Shown here: piece by piece, positions 1 to 14,322 of the stretch
Position numbering within the stretch: the stretch's first letter is position 1
How the letters are laid out: the number at the start of each line of letters is the position of its first letter
Source: Eledone cirrhosa
Taxonomy: Eukaryota
Direction of reading: 5' to 3'
Assembly (NCBI GenBank): GCA_964016885.1
Contig: OZ024740.1
Coordinates: 162,750,001-162,814,000 of the forward strand
DNA length: 64,000 bases
Translations under genes and position numbers: made by a program
Notes under the pieces: generated by a model
What the model was told of the DNA's origin: nothing
Seen by the model: only the letters and a program-made list of their open reading frames with translations
Database searches by the model: none

Positions 1-193
1 GTAGTTGTCATAAACATATGTTGTGATTTATAGTCATGTTGTACAAGAAGTATAATGAGGTTAGATCACGCTCATACAATTCAGCCCAGTGACATGAGTA
101 AGCTGTAACACAAAGCTTTGCAGTCAGAAATAGTTTTATAACAATGTGTGAGGGGGATGCAAAACATGTTTTCTAATAAAACGAATCTGCAAG

Positions 194-300
194 TAAAAAA
201 GTTGAAAAAGCCTTGGTTAAAATCTAAACTTTGGGATCGTCGTTTAATCTTTGACCTGTTGCCGTTAAATCCCAATAAAACGAATGAGCTAGAGCCGTCA

Positions 301-347
<47 letters not shown>

Positions 348-457
348 CAGTGACGGCTCTAGCTCATTCGTTTTATTGGGATTTAACGGCAACAGGTCAA
401 AGATTAAACGACGATCCCAAAGTTTAGATTTTAACCAAGGCTTTTTCAACTTTTTTA
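194..457. repeat. Perfect inverted repeat (111-bp arms, 194-304 / 347-457) around a (TA)n centre
   Basis: Arms are reverse complements by direct reading, which explains the mirror ORFs 81..449(-) and 148..492(+). Confidence 0.95.
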
Positions 458-1351
458 GGGAGATATATTTTATTATGTCTCATTTAAAATAATACAACTG
501 GCCTTCCGCAAAATACATATAGTTAGCACTCCAAACGTAAAATTGGGATTATACTAAGGTATATCCTAATGTTTGTTGAGTGAGATGGAAGCCAGTCAGA
601 GTATAGCTTAAAGCTTTCTCTGTTAATGTATTGAATATTATACTCTTGATTTGGCCAGAGATGAATATTTCCAGATACCTTTTAAATGTAACTTTCCGTA
701 TTATTACTATGAAATATTGATTGTTTTTCTGGTATCATATCTCTGTTTTTAGCCTAAGAAAATACCTATATGCGTGTATAAATAATACATGCATATATAT
801 TTTTTTTTAATCTAATTGAGTTCTTCACACGCAAGGTTAAAATTGTTGAAAAAATTAATTGACCCACGTGTATATTATTTGACTTCCTTGTGTTTCGCGA
901 TGACCTCCCCTCTCCGATTGATGACAGTGTGAGATTCCTCATACTGAGACTGCTGGAATTTCAAATTTGGTGGTCATTCTGATACGGAGAGAGACCATCG
1001 CTGACATGGGATTAGACATCGGTAAGAGAGTTTTTTATATCGATGTTTGACGGGCATCCACTGATGATTTATAAGTGCCCACCTGCACATATTCCTACGG
1101 AATATGTGAAGGCTTCTACATAACCCGGACACATTCTCCCAACTTGTAGAAAACTTATAATGAAACAATTGTTTGGAAAGGGAGATATATTTTATTATGT
1201 CTCATTTAAAATAATACAACTGGCCTTCCGCAAAATACATATAGTTAGCACCCCAAACGTAAAATTGGGATTATACTAAGGTATATCCTAATGTTTGTTG
1301 GGTGAGATGGAAGCCAGTCAGAGTATAGCTTAAAGCTTTCTCTGTTAATGT

Positions 1352-1355
<4 letters not shown>
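457..1355 (+). mobile_element. PLE-pLTR/retrozyme-like insertion: 722-bp unit plus ~177-bp terminal redundancy
   Basis: 457-633 repeats directly at 1179-1355, the unit contains an HHR, and it ends in (TA)n. A diverged inverted homologue lies at ~39960-40200. Confidence 0.75.
1057..1177 (+). ncRNA. Type I hammerhead ribozyme with ~94-nt branched stem II
   Basis: TCCA-CTGATGA-T-TTATAAG...CTTATAA-T-GAAA-CAATTG-TT-TGGA. Internal hairpins CACATATTCC/GGAATATGTG and TTCTACA/TGTAGAA. Confidence 0.75.
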
Positions 1356-1414
<59 letters not shown>

Positions 1415-1507
1415 CGGAGGAGTTGTGGTAAGGAACCAGATGGACCATAACGCACCAGAGTACTCAATACTTAGGGTAGTAGAGTGGGTAATAGGAGAAA
1501 GTATGAC

Positions 1508-1602
1508 CCCGACGGCAGAGCTCAAGCCGTTTCGACGGCTATTTCTGGACTAAAGTAAGAGTTTTTTTAGTCTGGTAAATAAATAGCCGAACTTTTCAAG
1601 GG
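1508..1602 (-). ncRNA. Type I hammerhead, U3-A8 core variant, extended stem II (second copy 3045-3137 + with damaged stem I)
   Basis: CCC-TTGAAAA-G..CGGCTATTT...AAATAGCCG.C-GAAA-CGGC(TTGAGCTCT)GCCG-TC-GGG. Confidence 0.7.
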
Positions 1603-1625
1603 TACTTCCTTATATGGAAATATTG

Positions 1626-2597
1626 GACGTTACCCTCAACCTCGAAAATTACCTGTACTACCCATACAGGAAACCAAACGACAACCTGCACTACATCCAC
1701 CGCCGCTCTAACCATCCTAGAAACATCACCAATAATCTGGTTAAAAACATCTCCCTCCGAATATCTTGTTTGTCCGCTAATGAGCAGATATTCGACGAAC
1801 ATGCGCCTCATTACAACCAGGCCCTCAAGCGGAGTGGCTTCCGGGAGGAATTATCCTTTTATCCAGCTTCCCTTAGCGGAACCAGCAGGCGACGCCGCCG
1901 CTCACGCCACGTAACGTGATTCAATCCTCCCCACAATGCCGAAGTGGCAACACCTATCGGAAAAATCTTTTTTAGGCTCCTCGAAAAACACTATCCACCA
2001 CAACACCGCTACCACAACATAATCAACAAAAACACTATCAAGATATCCTACAGCACCACAACCAACTTCGCACAAAACATCGTCTCCTCAAACAACAAAA
2101 AACTCAACCCCTATGGAAGAAACAACCTAGAAATTAGTGGAGAGCCGACCAGGAGGTGTAACTGCCCTGATGGATCTACGTGCCCCCTCAACAACAGATG
2201 CCGAGAACGTAACGTGATCTACCAGTGCAACGTGAGGACGGACACCTCCAACAAAGCTTATATAGGATTAAGCGCTTGTGACTTTAAGACCCGGCTATAC
2301 CAACACCGACATACGTTCCGGAACCCGGTCCGGCGACATGCCACCACACTTTCGGGCCATATCTGGGACCGCCAAGATAATAATATTACTTACCATCTTA
2401 CTTGGAGCTTACTGTCCACAGCTAACTCTTACACGGGAGGACGCTGTCCGTGTAACTTATGCTCGGAGGAAACATTAGAAATGCTGTTTACGAAGGATCA
2501 ACTCCTAAACAAAAAAGACGAACTGGTAACTGCATGCAAACACAGATTGCGGAAGACTTACCTCGCCCTCAAACCCCCCACTTGCCGAATAAGATAG
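1626..2597 (+). pseudogene. PLE RT thumb / linker / GIY-YIG endonuclease (Naiad-like), one in-frame TGA
   Basis: LDVTLNL..Y.PYRKPND..YIH..SNHP, T*FNPP (WFNPP motif), CNC-x5-CPL-x3-C, VIY..YIG, C-x2-C..E, LN..E..C.H. ORFs 1614 and 1944 share a frame. Confidence 0.9.
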
Positions 2598-3256
2598 GGT
2601 AAACCCCTACTGATATAGGTAGATGTACCTCTTTTCTTTTCCTCCATGTTTTCTTCTTCCCTTTGTCTCCCCCTATCACTTCTTTCCTCCACCGAACTTC
2701 TTCCTCGTGCGTTTTTTTGTTGTTTTTTTGTTTTTTTTTCTCCACTTTCGTCTACCCCGATTTACTATAGGCATTTGATTTACTATCTCTATAACGTCCC
2801 TTCTCCACTTTCTAAAGATACCATTTTTCGCCAACCTCCTCTGGCCTCTTCATACACATTCCTTTGAATATGCCTTTGAAGATTTCACCTTCTACGCTTG
2901 ACCGGCTCTACCCACTCCCCTATCGTTCTACAGACAAGTTCAGCCATCCCACCCCGCATCCACTGCCATGATAGACTATTCTGTGTCGGCTACAAATTTT
3001 GACCAATCCCCTTGACAACTACAATATTTCCATATAAGGAAGTACCCTTGAAAAGTTCGGCTATTTATTACCAGACTAAAAAACTCTTACTTTAGTCCAG
3101 AAATGGCCGTCGAAACGGCTTGAGCTCTGCCGTCTGAGTCATACTTTCTCCTAAATATATATAGGAAAATGTATGACCCCGACGGCAGAGCTCAAGCCGT
3201 TTCGATGGCTATTTCTGGACACATATTTATTGTCCATCTGGTTCCACAACTCCTTC

Positions 3257-3293
<37 letters not shown>

Positions 3294-3459
3294 CTCTACC
3301 CACACGAAATTGCTTTTCCCACTATTAGTATGCACTATGCTTTCTTTGGGTTGGTATCTTAATGATACTGGTTTAATTAAAAGATTGCCTGAGTGGGAAA
3401 ACAATCGAAGACTTTTCGGTCCTATCTGATGACTTCGTTTCTGTACTATTAATATTATA

Positions 3460-3635
3460 TATTGGCAGTATCGGCAGAGGGTCGGATGCTTACAGCAAAG
3501 AGTTACGGCCCTTTATGGTCTGAGTTCAAATCCCGCCAAGGTTAACTTTGCCTTTCATCCTTACAGGGTCGATAAAATAAAGTACCAGTAATACACTGGG
3601 ATAAGTGCTGGCCTTGTGCCAAAAGTAGAAACAAT
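3460..3635 (+). mobile_element. tRNA-derived SINE with Meta/MESC-like central domain (family A)
   Basis: A-box-like TGGCAGTATCGG, B-box-like GAGTTCAAATCC, core CCTTTCATCCTT..GGTCGATAAAATAAAGTACCAG. More than 15 full or partial copies in the window (e.g. ~4195, 7765, 31820-, 32475, 35893, 36360, 45233, 49130, 56515, 59530, 63650). Confidence 0.85.
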
Positions 3636-4076
3636 TATATATTATATATATATATATATGATGGCTGCAACTCGATTTCGAGTAATGCTATCGCTTGATA
3701 CCTAAGCAAGCGCATCACGGACGTGGCTTTTTAGTCCTGCTAGGGACTTGCCTATGGCCAGCAATACTATGAATCGCAAAAAATGTCACATATCAAGCGA
3801 TGCCTGTGATTGAAGCTTTTTAAAGTGAGGAAAGGCTTTGCACTGGGCCAATCCCACTCTCTGAACATCGAATGCATTTGCCCAAAAAGAAGAACTGGTC
3901 TACATGATTGGGTGCAAACGAAGTCGCAGGTTTTATATCAGCATGACCTCCTAGAGAGATGTCTTAATAAACACACACACACACACATACACACACGCAC
4001 ATACACACACGCACACACACACACATACACACACACATGCACACACACACACATGCACACACACACACACACGCAC

Positions 4077-4113
<37 letters not shown>

Positions 4114-4300
4114 AAATGGCGCTCAACCGGCATACCACCTATGGACACATCTTAGCTACCATAAGACATATATATATATATATATATATACATATCCCGT
4201 CGAGGTTAACTTTGCCTTTCATCCTTACGGGTCGATAAAATAAAGTACCAGTAATGTACTGGGTAATTGCAGGCCTTGTGCCAAAAGTAGAAACAATATA

Positions 4301-4787
<487 letters not shown>

Positions 4788-5241
4788 CTTTTTTCTAAAT
4801 TTCAGTCACAAAGTAGTGAGCCAACCCCAGGGTGTTGTAATAACTTACTTGCTCAAAGTGAATCGAACTCGTAAACCTATAAAGTAAGTTTATTATATAT
4901 CTGTTATTTCATAAATATCAATCTATATAGAGTCTGCATTTATTGATTTTATTGTTCAACTCCTTGTACATATATCTTAAAGTTTGTAATGCACATAAGT
5001 GTAGATGTTCGTTGTTCAAATCTACATATGTATTTCATGTGTGTAATTATTTATATACATGCACACACATACACGCACACACATATATATATATACATCG
5101 TGCGCGTTCATGTATACATATGTAGACGTTTGTGTTTTTAGGTATGTATATTGTGTGGGTATGTATACACGTAACAAAAAATATGTTTATGCGTGTATGT
5201 TTGCATACAAATGTATGTACACACGCGCGCACTCTCTCTTT

Positions 5242-5286
<45 letters not shown>

Positions 5287-5330
5287 CCTCTCTCTCTCTT
5301 TCTCTCTCTCCATCACTCTCTCTCATCTCA

Positions 5331-5392
<62 letters not shown>

Positions 5393-6678
5393 TATGAATA
5401 TGTGTAGGTATATATATATATATATATGTGTGTGTGAGTGTGTGTGTATGTATGTGTGTGTATGTGCGTGTGTGTGTATGTGTGTATGTGTGTGTATGTA
5501 TGTGTGTGTGTATGTCTGTTGTTTGTGTATTTGAGAGGGGAGAGAGTATTGAATGTCTTTATGTCTAGCATTCCTTCGTTTTTGCTTTTTTTGTTTTGTT
5601 TTGTTTTGTTTTTCTAGTTATAGCTGTAATTATTTTTTTCAAAGCTCACCGTTCGTTATATGATATGTATCATTTAATCTGTGTTCCATACGTCATGCGC
5701 TCTACTATATTATTATTAATATTATATTTTGTTGCCGTTTTAGTTTTTCTTTTTTTTAGCTTCTTTCTTTGGGTTTTTTGTTGTTTTTATTACTGTTTTT
5801 GACTGGAACTTTTTTTTCTAGTTTACTTCTCTCTTTTTATAGTATATCGTTCAATAGATTTCTTTTAACCGCAAAGGTTAATTTATATGTATGAAATACA
5901 TTTATTAGAACGGCAAGTAAATGCCATTATATTGTTTACTTATTTTTGTGATATCAGAAATATAAGGCCTCCACCTATACGGGACGCCAAATCCTTCTCT
6001 CAATCTCAAACACACCCGACACACACACGCACATGCAAGAAAGTGAAACTGAAAGTAGAATATGAAAAAGTTTTAATAAATCTTCCGTTCAAATGTAAAA
6101 TTTAATGCACACGTAGAGACGAATACAATTACTTACACACAAATACATCGTATACATGGGCTCTAACACACATACCATTACACGGTGACTCATTCTTCCT
6201 TTTACTTTCACATCTCTTTCTACTCCTATGTCTCTCTGTCTGTTTGTCTCTCTGCCTCTCTCTCTCCCTCTCTCCCTGTCTCTCCCTCTCTCTCTCTTAC
6301 ACACACACAGATTCTACACTCTAGGTGAATCCGTTGATCCCGAGTAAAATCAGGATAACAACATTTTAAAAAGGTATTCAATACATTAGTAGAGCGTAAG
6401 CTTCCTTATTTAATATATAAATGGCTTCTACAAGAATCACCAGGAATGCTTGATGATTTCATACGAATGAAACAGTTTTAGTCCGGTAGAAGCCATATAT
6501 ATATATTTAGGTTTGTTGGTTCACCACTGGATAGAATTGGTCATTCCGTATGGTCAATCCTTTGTTATATTTCGAATACCTGATGATATCACCGGATTCA
6601 TACGGAACGCGATCATAGTATAATAAACCTTTCAAGGATTTACACAAGTCCAGCCTCCTGTTATTTTATTATAATAAT

Positions 6679-6721
<43 letters not shown>

Positions 6722-6963
6722 CACTTTGGGAGGGTCCTGCTGCCAATAAAACACACACATCTGCTGGTTTTCACTTCAATTTATTATAAGTTTCCGGTTG
6801 GTTGGTTTGATAACCGGTAGGTTGTTTATATATTGTCAAAGCTCTTTCGTCACACATTCTGTGACCTCCTCAAAGTATAACAATATATGTTTCAACGCAC
6901 GTTTTCAGATAAGAAATCTCGCAAAACGAATTCAAAAGCGAATTATATATATATATATTTATA

Positions 6964-7084
<121 letters not shown>

Positions 7085-7298
7085 TAACTATGAAGATATA
7101 AAAATTAACTATATATATATATAGTTGTAATATTGCCAGAAATAATAACAGAACACACTCACTGTTTGGTTGGATTTCGCTTCTGTATCTTTTATATCTC
7201 CATAGTTATTTCATTTGGCAATCAATGTTTATCAATGATTGACCAACGGTTAAAAATACAGATATAAATATATAAATGTATATATATATATCAAAGTC

Positions 7299-7342
7299 TA
7301 TCAAAGTTCTTTCGTTGCACATCTGCAACATCATCAGTGATA
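7299..7342 (-). ncRNA. Minimal type I hammerhead in PLE pLTR (homologue 37849-37886 -; related broken copies ~6833-6870 and 20377-20415)
   Basis: TATCA-CTGATGA-T-GTTGCA(GATG)TGCAAC-GAAA-GAAC-TT-TGATA. The sister subfamily has a covarying stem II, GTCACA/TGTGAC. Confidence 0.75.
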
Positions 7343-8496
7343 CTATTATGTTTCTTCCTATTGTATTGTATCGTATGTCTACGCCATTTTTATTTTTATT
7401 TATTTATTTATTTATTCTTGTCTCTGTCTCTGTCTCTGCGCATGCGTTTGCCTGTGTGTATAAGGTTTGGTGTGTGTGTTCGCGTTTGTGTGTATGTGTT
7501 TTTGTTTTCGTATTCTATCTTTGTTCACTAGTGTTTATATGTGTTTGTTGTCATTGCACTTGTCTATATATTTATTTATTTATTTACACGCAAACGCATG
7601 CGCTGAGACAGAGACAAGAATAAATAAATTAATTAATTAATTAAAACAAAAATGATCTTGCCAATTTGCCTTGTATATATTTTTTCAATTTGTATTGAAA
7701 TAAAGGATTGTTTCCTTTTTTTTCTGTTGTTGTGAAAACTGTAACAATAATGATTATAAAGGCAATAGATTGGCAGTATCAGTAGAGCTTTGAATATAAT
7801 GTTTCGTGGTATTTAGTTAAGACTTTCTACATTCTGAGTTCAAATTCCGCTCAGATCAATTTTGCCTTTCTTCCTTCTGGGGTTGTTAAAATAAAGTACC
7901 AGTTAATTACTGGAGTCAATATATTCGACTTTCCTCTTACTCCAAATTGACTGGTGCTGTTTCTAAATTAGATATCAAATATTTTCGACATATATTTTAT
8001 CCCCCAAATTGATGGCCTTGTGCAAGTGCTAGAAATAATTATTATGAAAATTATGCAACATGCTGTAATCAAGTGAAATTTATGAGGTGATTGCATGTCT
8101 CTGTAAAGTTTTACTTCATACCTCCTCTCATGATTCTCTTTCAAAGATCCTATCATTTACAAGTGAAAATCAACAAGCTATGTATCTTTCATTGAGACGT
8201 CTCGTTTAATCAAATTCGTATTGAAGTTTTTAACATATTATTATGATGGCCAGGGTTTTACGATAAATCTCAAAAAGTCTTTTGTTCTTGTCTAACTGAA
8301 ATACAATTCTGATTGGGCAAACATATAGTCAAAGTTGTTTTAGGCGTGATCACCCAACCTCTCATTATACAATGCGTCCTGCTTTGTTAAATGTGCAGTT
8401 GGCAGTGTTCTTGGCTGCTGTTTACAGTTGTTGGAGAGAGTATGTAGAGATTCTGTTGGTAGGTCGTCCAGATTACGTTTATCCTGTTTGATTTCC

Positions 8497-10130
8497 TTCT
8501 TCTTCTTCTTCTTCTTCTTCTTCTTCTTCTTCTTCTTCTTCTTCTTCTTCTTCTTCTTCTTCTTCTTCTTCTTCTTCTTCTTCTTCTTCCTGAGAGGGTC
8601 GTGGTTGCAGACTCATCAAATATTCCTTCCAGTGGTTCCTGTCAGAAGCAACCGTCTCCAACTGATCAGGCTGGACCCCCAAGCGAGACCGCCAGGCTTA
8701 TGAATGTTATCCAGCTATCTTGCTCGATGTCTAACCCTGGGTCTCTTGCCAGTTGGTTTTGCCCGTGAAATCTGTCCAGCAATTCTTTCCTGGGACATTC
8801 TAACCACATGCCCATAGTATTGAAGCAGTGATCTCTCATTTCGGAGAAGTAGCGGCTTTACCTGGAGTGACTCTCTGATCTCCGACCTACGCACTCTATC
8901 GAGTAACGTTACTCCAAAGACCCTTCAGATGAACCCCATTTCGGCCGCTTGTATGCGCGATCGTATTCTTTCGGTCATTACCCAAGATTCATGTCTATAG
9001 GTAAGGGTTGGCACGAATCCCGAATTGAAGATAGCGAGTTTGGCTTGTACGCCTATCTCCCTTCTTCTGATTACCGAAAGTTGAAGCTGGCGCATTACTA
9101 CACTGAGTGCAAGTCGGAGATCACCGTCTGTCGAGTAACACCATGTCGTCTGCAAATTCCAGCCGACTGATTTTACACCCGCCTGTCACGATACCACCTC
9201 CAGCCTGGCTGCACATGTCAATCCTGTTCATGTAAGTAATGAAAAGGATAGGTGATAGTACGCATCCTTGGCGGAATCCAACTCACACATTGAATGGTTT
9301 CGATTTAGCACCATTTATCCGAACACAAATATTCGGACATTCGTATAGAGACATCAGGATAGCAAGAAACTGACACTCAACCCCATACTCCCGCACAACC
9401 TTCCACAGCAGTTCCTGGGGAACGCGGTCATATGCCTTTTCAAGGGTGACAAAACAAGAATATACCTCTTGACAATACTCCCACGTTTTCTCGAAGAGCT
9501 GCCGCAATGTGAGTATTTGGTCGACTGTGCTGCATCCTCGGCGAAAACCACACTGTTTATCAGCTAGCTTGGACTCGACAATCTTCCTGCATCTCTTTGC
9601 CAGACACATAGCATAGACTTTACTAGCTAAACAACGGGTCGCAGGTGACGGATAGCGATACGGCCACCATATATGATTGCTAGTTGCGATATAAGCGGTC
9701 AACTGCTGGACGAATAAGCAATTCCAGACCAACAGCGGTAAACTATTAGGGAAGATGGAGCAATGAGTGACACCTGTAGCTCCCAAGAAAACTCTCATAA
9801 CCCAGTGACGTACCTACGACAAGGCGAATAAAGGTCGCCTCTAAAAGCGCCTAATCTTCGCAGGTTTGACAAAGTACCAGATTGGTGACTGGCACAAATA
9901 TGATCACTGAAACTGCGACTGCAATATTGTGAGGAAAACAAAAAAGAACCATAATGCGTCGACCTTCGCGCAGATTAACAAGGGACGCGTTCAGGCCTTA
10001 GGTAGAGAGGACTGCTCGAAAAATATATTGCAGTCTCCATTTCATGCCGCAAAAACTGGCGATGGGCCTGTGACTTGTCCTAGGATGCGTGGGATTGACG
10101 CACAAAGATTGTGTATCCCGTGACCCCAAA
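8497..10130 (-). mobile_element. Internally deleted RTE-clade LINE with (GAA)n tail
   Basis: RT fragments QCGFRRGCSTVDQILTLRQLFEK..LEKAYDRV and RIQAAEMGF with frameshifts. The (TTC)n at 8497-8590 lies at its 3' end. Confidence 0.85.
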
Positions 10131-10349
10131 GAGAGTCTGGAATGGAGCAAACCATGACAATTGTTTGATCTTCTAAAAATAAATATCAACTAGTATAGTG
10201 ATTAGCCTCATCAGTCATCAGTAATATTTTTTAGTGGATGGGGATGGTTTGCTAGAAGAGAGAAACATTGAGAAAAAAATATATATATATATATCAAGCG
10301 TTAACCTAATATATCCCTTCCGATTGTGTTGTTATTTCTGTTTACCTTT

Positions 10350-10455
<106 letters not shown>

Positions 10456-10669
10456 TAAGATAAATTCATTTACAATTAGCTAATATGATAAACTATTTTT
10501 TTCAATAAATTGATTAATATCAGTTCTAATATAGAAAGAACTAATATAATAATTTGTTGGCTATTTTTCTACCTGTTTACGAATATCCATAATACACACA
10601 CACACATACACACATACACACACACACATACATACATACATACATACATACATACATACATACATACAT

Positions 10670-10720
<51 letters not shown>

Positions 10721-10867
10721 TACATACATACATATACATACATACATATACAGAAATAGATAAATAGATAGAGAGAGAGAGTGTGAGAGTGAAATAATCC
10801 ACAATTATTTTGGTAAGGTAGAAATTAAAGATGGAATTTGAATAACAACCTAGATTTTCCCTTTGTA

Positions 10868-10969
<102 letters not shown>

Positions 10970-13745
10970 TATATACATTTTACTTTTGTATTTGTCTTGC
11001 AAGTTCTTTTTATGTGAAAACGTGTGTTGAAACAGATATTGTTGTACTTTGGCAGCACGACCCTCCCAAGGTGTAACTACATACATATGTGTGTGTGTGT
11101 GTATGTGTATGTATATATGTATGTATGTATATATAAGTATATATATATGTGTATATATATATAAGTATATATATATATGTGTATATATATCTATATATGT
11201 ATATATATATATGTATATATATGTATATATATATACATATATATATACAAACATATTTATGTATATATATATATATATATAAATATATATAAATATATAT
11301 GTGTGTGTGTGTATATATAATATATATATATGCATATATATATATTATACACACACACATACATATATATATATGAATATATAAATATATATATATATAT
11401 GAATATATAAATATATATATATATATATTCACCCCCGCCCCCAAGACATATATACGCATGCATATATACATAAATATGTATATATTTAATATATATATGT
11501 ATAAATATATGTAAATGTGTATGTATGAATGCATACACACTTGCATACATACATACATACATACATACATACATACATACATACATACATACATACATAC
11601 ATACATACATACGTACGTACGTACGTACATACATACATACATACATACATACATACATACATACATACATACATACATACATACATACATACGACTAAAC
11701 GATAACGAACATATTTTTAGCCTCATTCACACTAGTATTTTCGTCTGGGTGAAATGATAATTATTAAGAGAGAGAGGGGGGGGGGAGATCCTACTTTCAG
11801 AAGATGTAATAACAGCTTATGGAAGTAAATTAACTGATCTAATTAACCATTAATAATATGTACTAATTAACGTTAATTGTTATATAAAAATAAGAGAAAT
11901 CGTTATCTTTTACATATAAAGCACGTGGCTGTCTTTCGTTGCAGTGAATGGTCTTAGCTGTTGGCTTGAGACTAATGATGACAGTCTTTGAAATAAAATT
12001 AGATCCTTGCTAATAATTACTACGAAAGGAAAAGGCTATGGAAAGAAGAGGAAAATCTTTATAGACTTTGTTGGCAAAATAAAATATATAGTAGAATAGA
12101 AAACAATGATTTTTAAGTAGATACTATTTAAAATGGCGACTGACACCGAGTTTAAATGAAAGCGATACAGCTTAAATGGCGGCTGACACCAAACCAATTT
12201 CTTTCTTTCTTTTTATTTATTTATTTATTTAATTATTTATTTGTTTGTTTGTTTGTTGGGAAGTCAACAAATCGTGTAACGCAGCGAACTTTGATTTAAT
12301 TTTCCCAGTTATTATTTCCTGTTGTAATCAAACTTAATGTTTCCTTCATCGACGATAGATCTATATTATAAGAATCAGTAGTGAATCATTTATATTGTGG
12401 ACACGGTTTAGATATTAGCATTAATCCATCGTGCAGTTGGACATCACCGTCTTAAATATTGGTGCTTTTAGCGGAGTCCACTCTGTTGCAAGCATTTGTG
12501 CTAGGTCTCTGGTTTGAGGTTATATTCTTCCTATATATGAAAGCTTGGGAAGGGTCATGGATAGTGCCCTCCTCTCCCTGAATAAACAGTTAATGAGAGT
12601 GGTGGAGGTGGTGAAGACGGTGGCGGTTATGGTGATGATAAAGGTGATAACGATGGAAATGATTATGATGATGAAGACGAGGTGGAGGAGGAGGATGAGG
12701 GAGATTAATGGGAGGAAAAGGATGGTGATGCTGACTACTTACGTTGCAAAGACAGGAATAAATAACTTGTGACTAAATATTCATTGAAAATGATAAATAA
12801 CAACTTTTCGAAAATGCTCAATTTATTCAATATATTCGATATTTCTTGAACTAAATGATATGAATTAGTTATTTTAAACTGAATACGGAAAAGTTTTTTT
12901 TAATGTATAATCCCCTGCCCCTTCCAGTGAAACTTTCTTTGGTAGAAGAGTTTATTGGTGGAAAAAAAGATGGGGAAAAAAAGTAAATTCAGCAATTTAA
13001 GCTGTTGACGTCCCTTTCCCTCTTATCAGATTTTGGAATCTATGCCTCATCATAAGAAACGTATTTTAACCCGAACTTAACCTTTGTTCTCAGTTAGTTT
13101 CTGTAGGTTCTTAACATTTCAGAACGCAAAATCTTGCCTAATTTATTGTTGTAAAATTTGTTTAGATTTCAAGACAGGTGATATCAAGAAGGGTTCGTAA
13201 TGATAAAAGGCCGGATGTTATAATAAATCTAGTCTAGAGGAAATAAACTTTTTATGTAAATTTCTTTTTATAATTATAATTTATTAAAATGAAAGGAAAA
13301 ATATTTTTTTAAGACATATATATATATCAACAGTGAAAAGCTTACGAAACCATATTTATTTGAGGCAACACCTTATAAATTGATCAAAACGAGAATTTTT
13401 TTTATAAAACTACTAGAATTTCGAGGTAATTATTTCCCTTTATACAAAAATGGAAATGGTCGAGTTCCTAAGGACACTAAACTACCAGCAAACATGTTAG
13501 AAGTTCGTATCATGCCATCAGTAATGTGTTGTGATGTAGAGACAAGGCGCCTAATTCTGAATGGCTAAGTTAATTTAGATTTCAGTAGACGATTATTTTC
13601 TTTTGGGGGGTGAGGGAGGGACTGTAAAAATGATAAAGTCTCTCACTACGTGACACCTTAAGTAAGTAACTTCTACTATAGCTTTAAGTTGACCAACGCA
13701 TTGTGAGTGAAATTTGGTGGATGGTTACTGCAGAAACCCGTTGAG

Positions 13746-13814
<69 letters not shown>

Positions 13815-14075
13815 ATAATTGTTTCTACTTTTGGCACAAGGCCAGCAATTATAGTAATAATAATAAATGTGAAAACTAAAATCCGAAGAGGGCTCGATAA
13901 GGATAATATATATATCAAATATATAAAAACCATAGAGCAAATAGAGTTCCAGAAGATCCCGTTAAGGGTGAAAGCAAAAATTATTTGCTTAAACTTTAAT
14001 CTGTTATTTTAATAAATATAAATATATATAATATAAAACGGAAAATCAGGGATGCATCTGAACTCAATTTATTGT

Positions 14076-14322
14076 GTGTTACAATTGTTTCGCCGGCGGA
14101 CAGCTCGAGACGCGATCATTGTGTGGATCTGTCTGATTCTGGACCCGCAGGTGAGACGGACATGTCTAATGATTTCGGAGCATATTCTCTCACTGGGGTA
14201 TCTGACCCTCTAGGCCAGTACCGTCAAAACTTCATCCTCTTCGCGCGTCCGGTGATTGGCTGCTGGTTGTCTACGTCATCATAATTCTGACCACAGGTAC
14301 CAGTCCGCTGACCATCAGGGCG
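14076..14322 (-). ncRNA. Degenerate hammerhead with ~200-nt stem II insertion (probable inverted pLTR of the adjacent Naiad)
   Basis: CTGATG-GTCAGCGGAC...GTCCGCCGGC-GAAA-CAATTG-TA followed by AATAAA. A9 is missing and stem I does not pair. Confidence 0.45.

Larger units (their letters stand above)
1411..3260 (+). mobile_element. 5'-truncated Naiad-type Penelope-like element with inverted pLTR at its 5' end, between (TA)n tracts
   Basis: Contains PLE coding sequence. ~1491-1626 is the reverse complement of ~3022-3153, and the two termini are inverted copies of each other. Confidence 0.9.

Noticed and set aside
3460-3545. tRNA-like heads
   Set aside because: They are SINE promoters attached to a core and tail; no full cloverleaf.
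6576-6621. ATAC-CTGATGA...GGAA...TA-GTAT
   Set aside because: Probably a decayed HHR, but GAAA is mutated and no second copy supports it.
12131-12190. Duplicated AAATGGCG(A/G)CTGACACC motif (YY1-like)
   Set aside because: A short duplication with no other evidence of a regulatory function.
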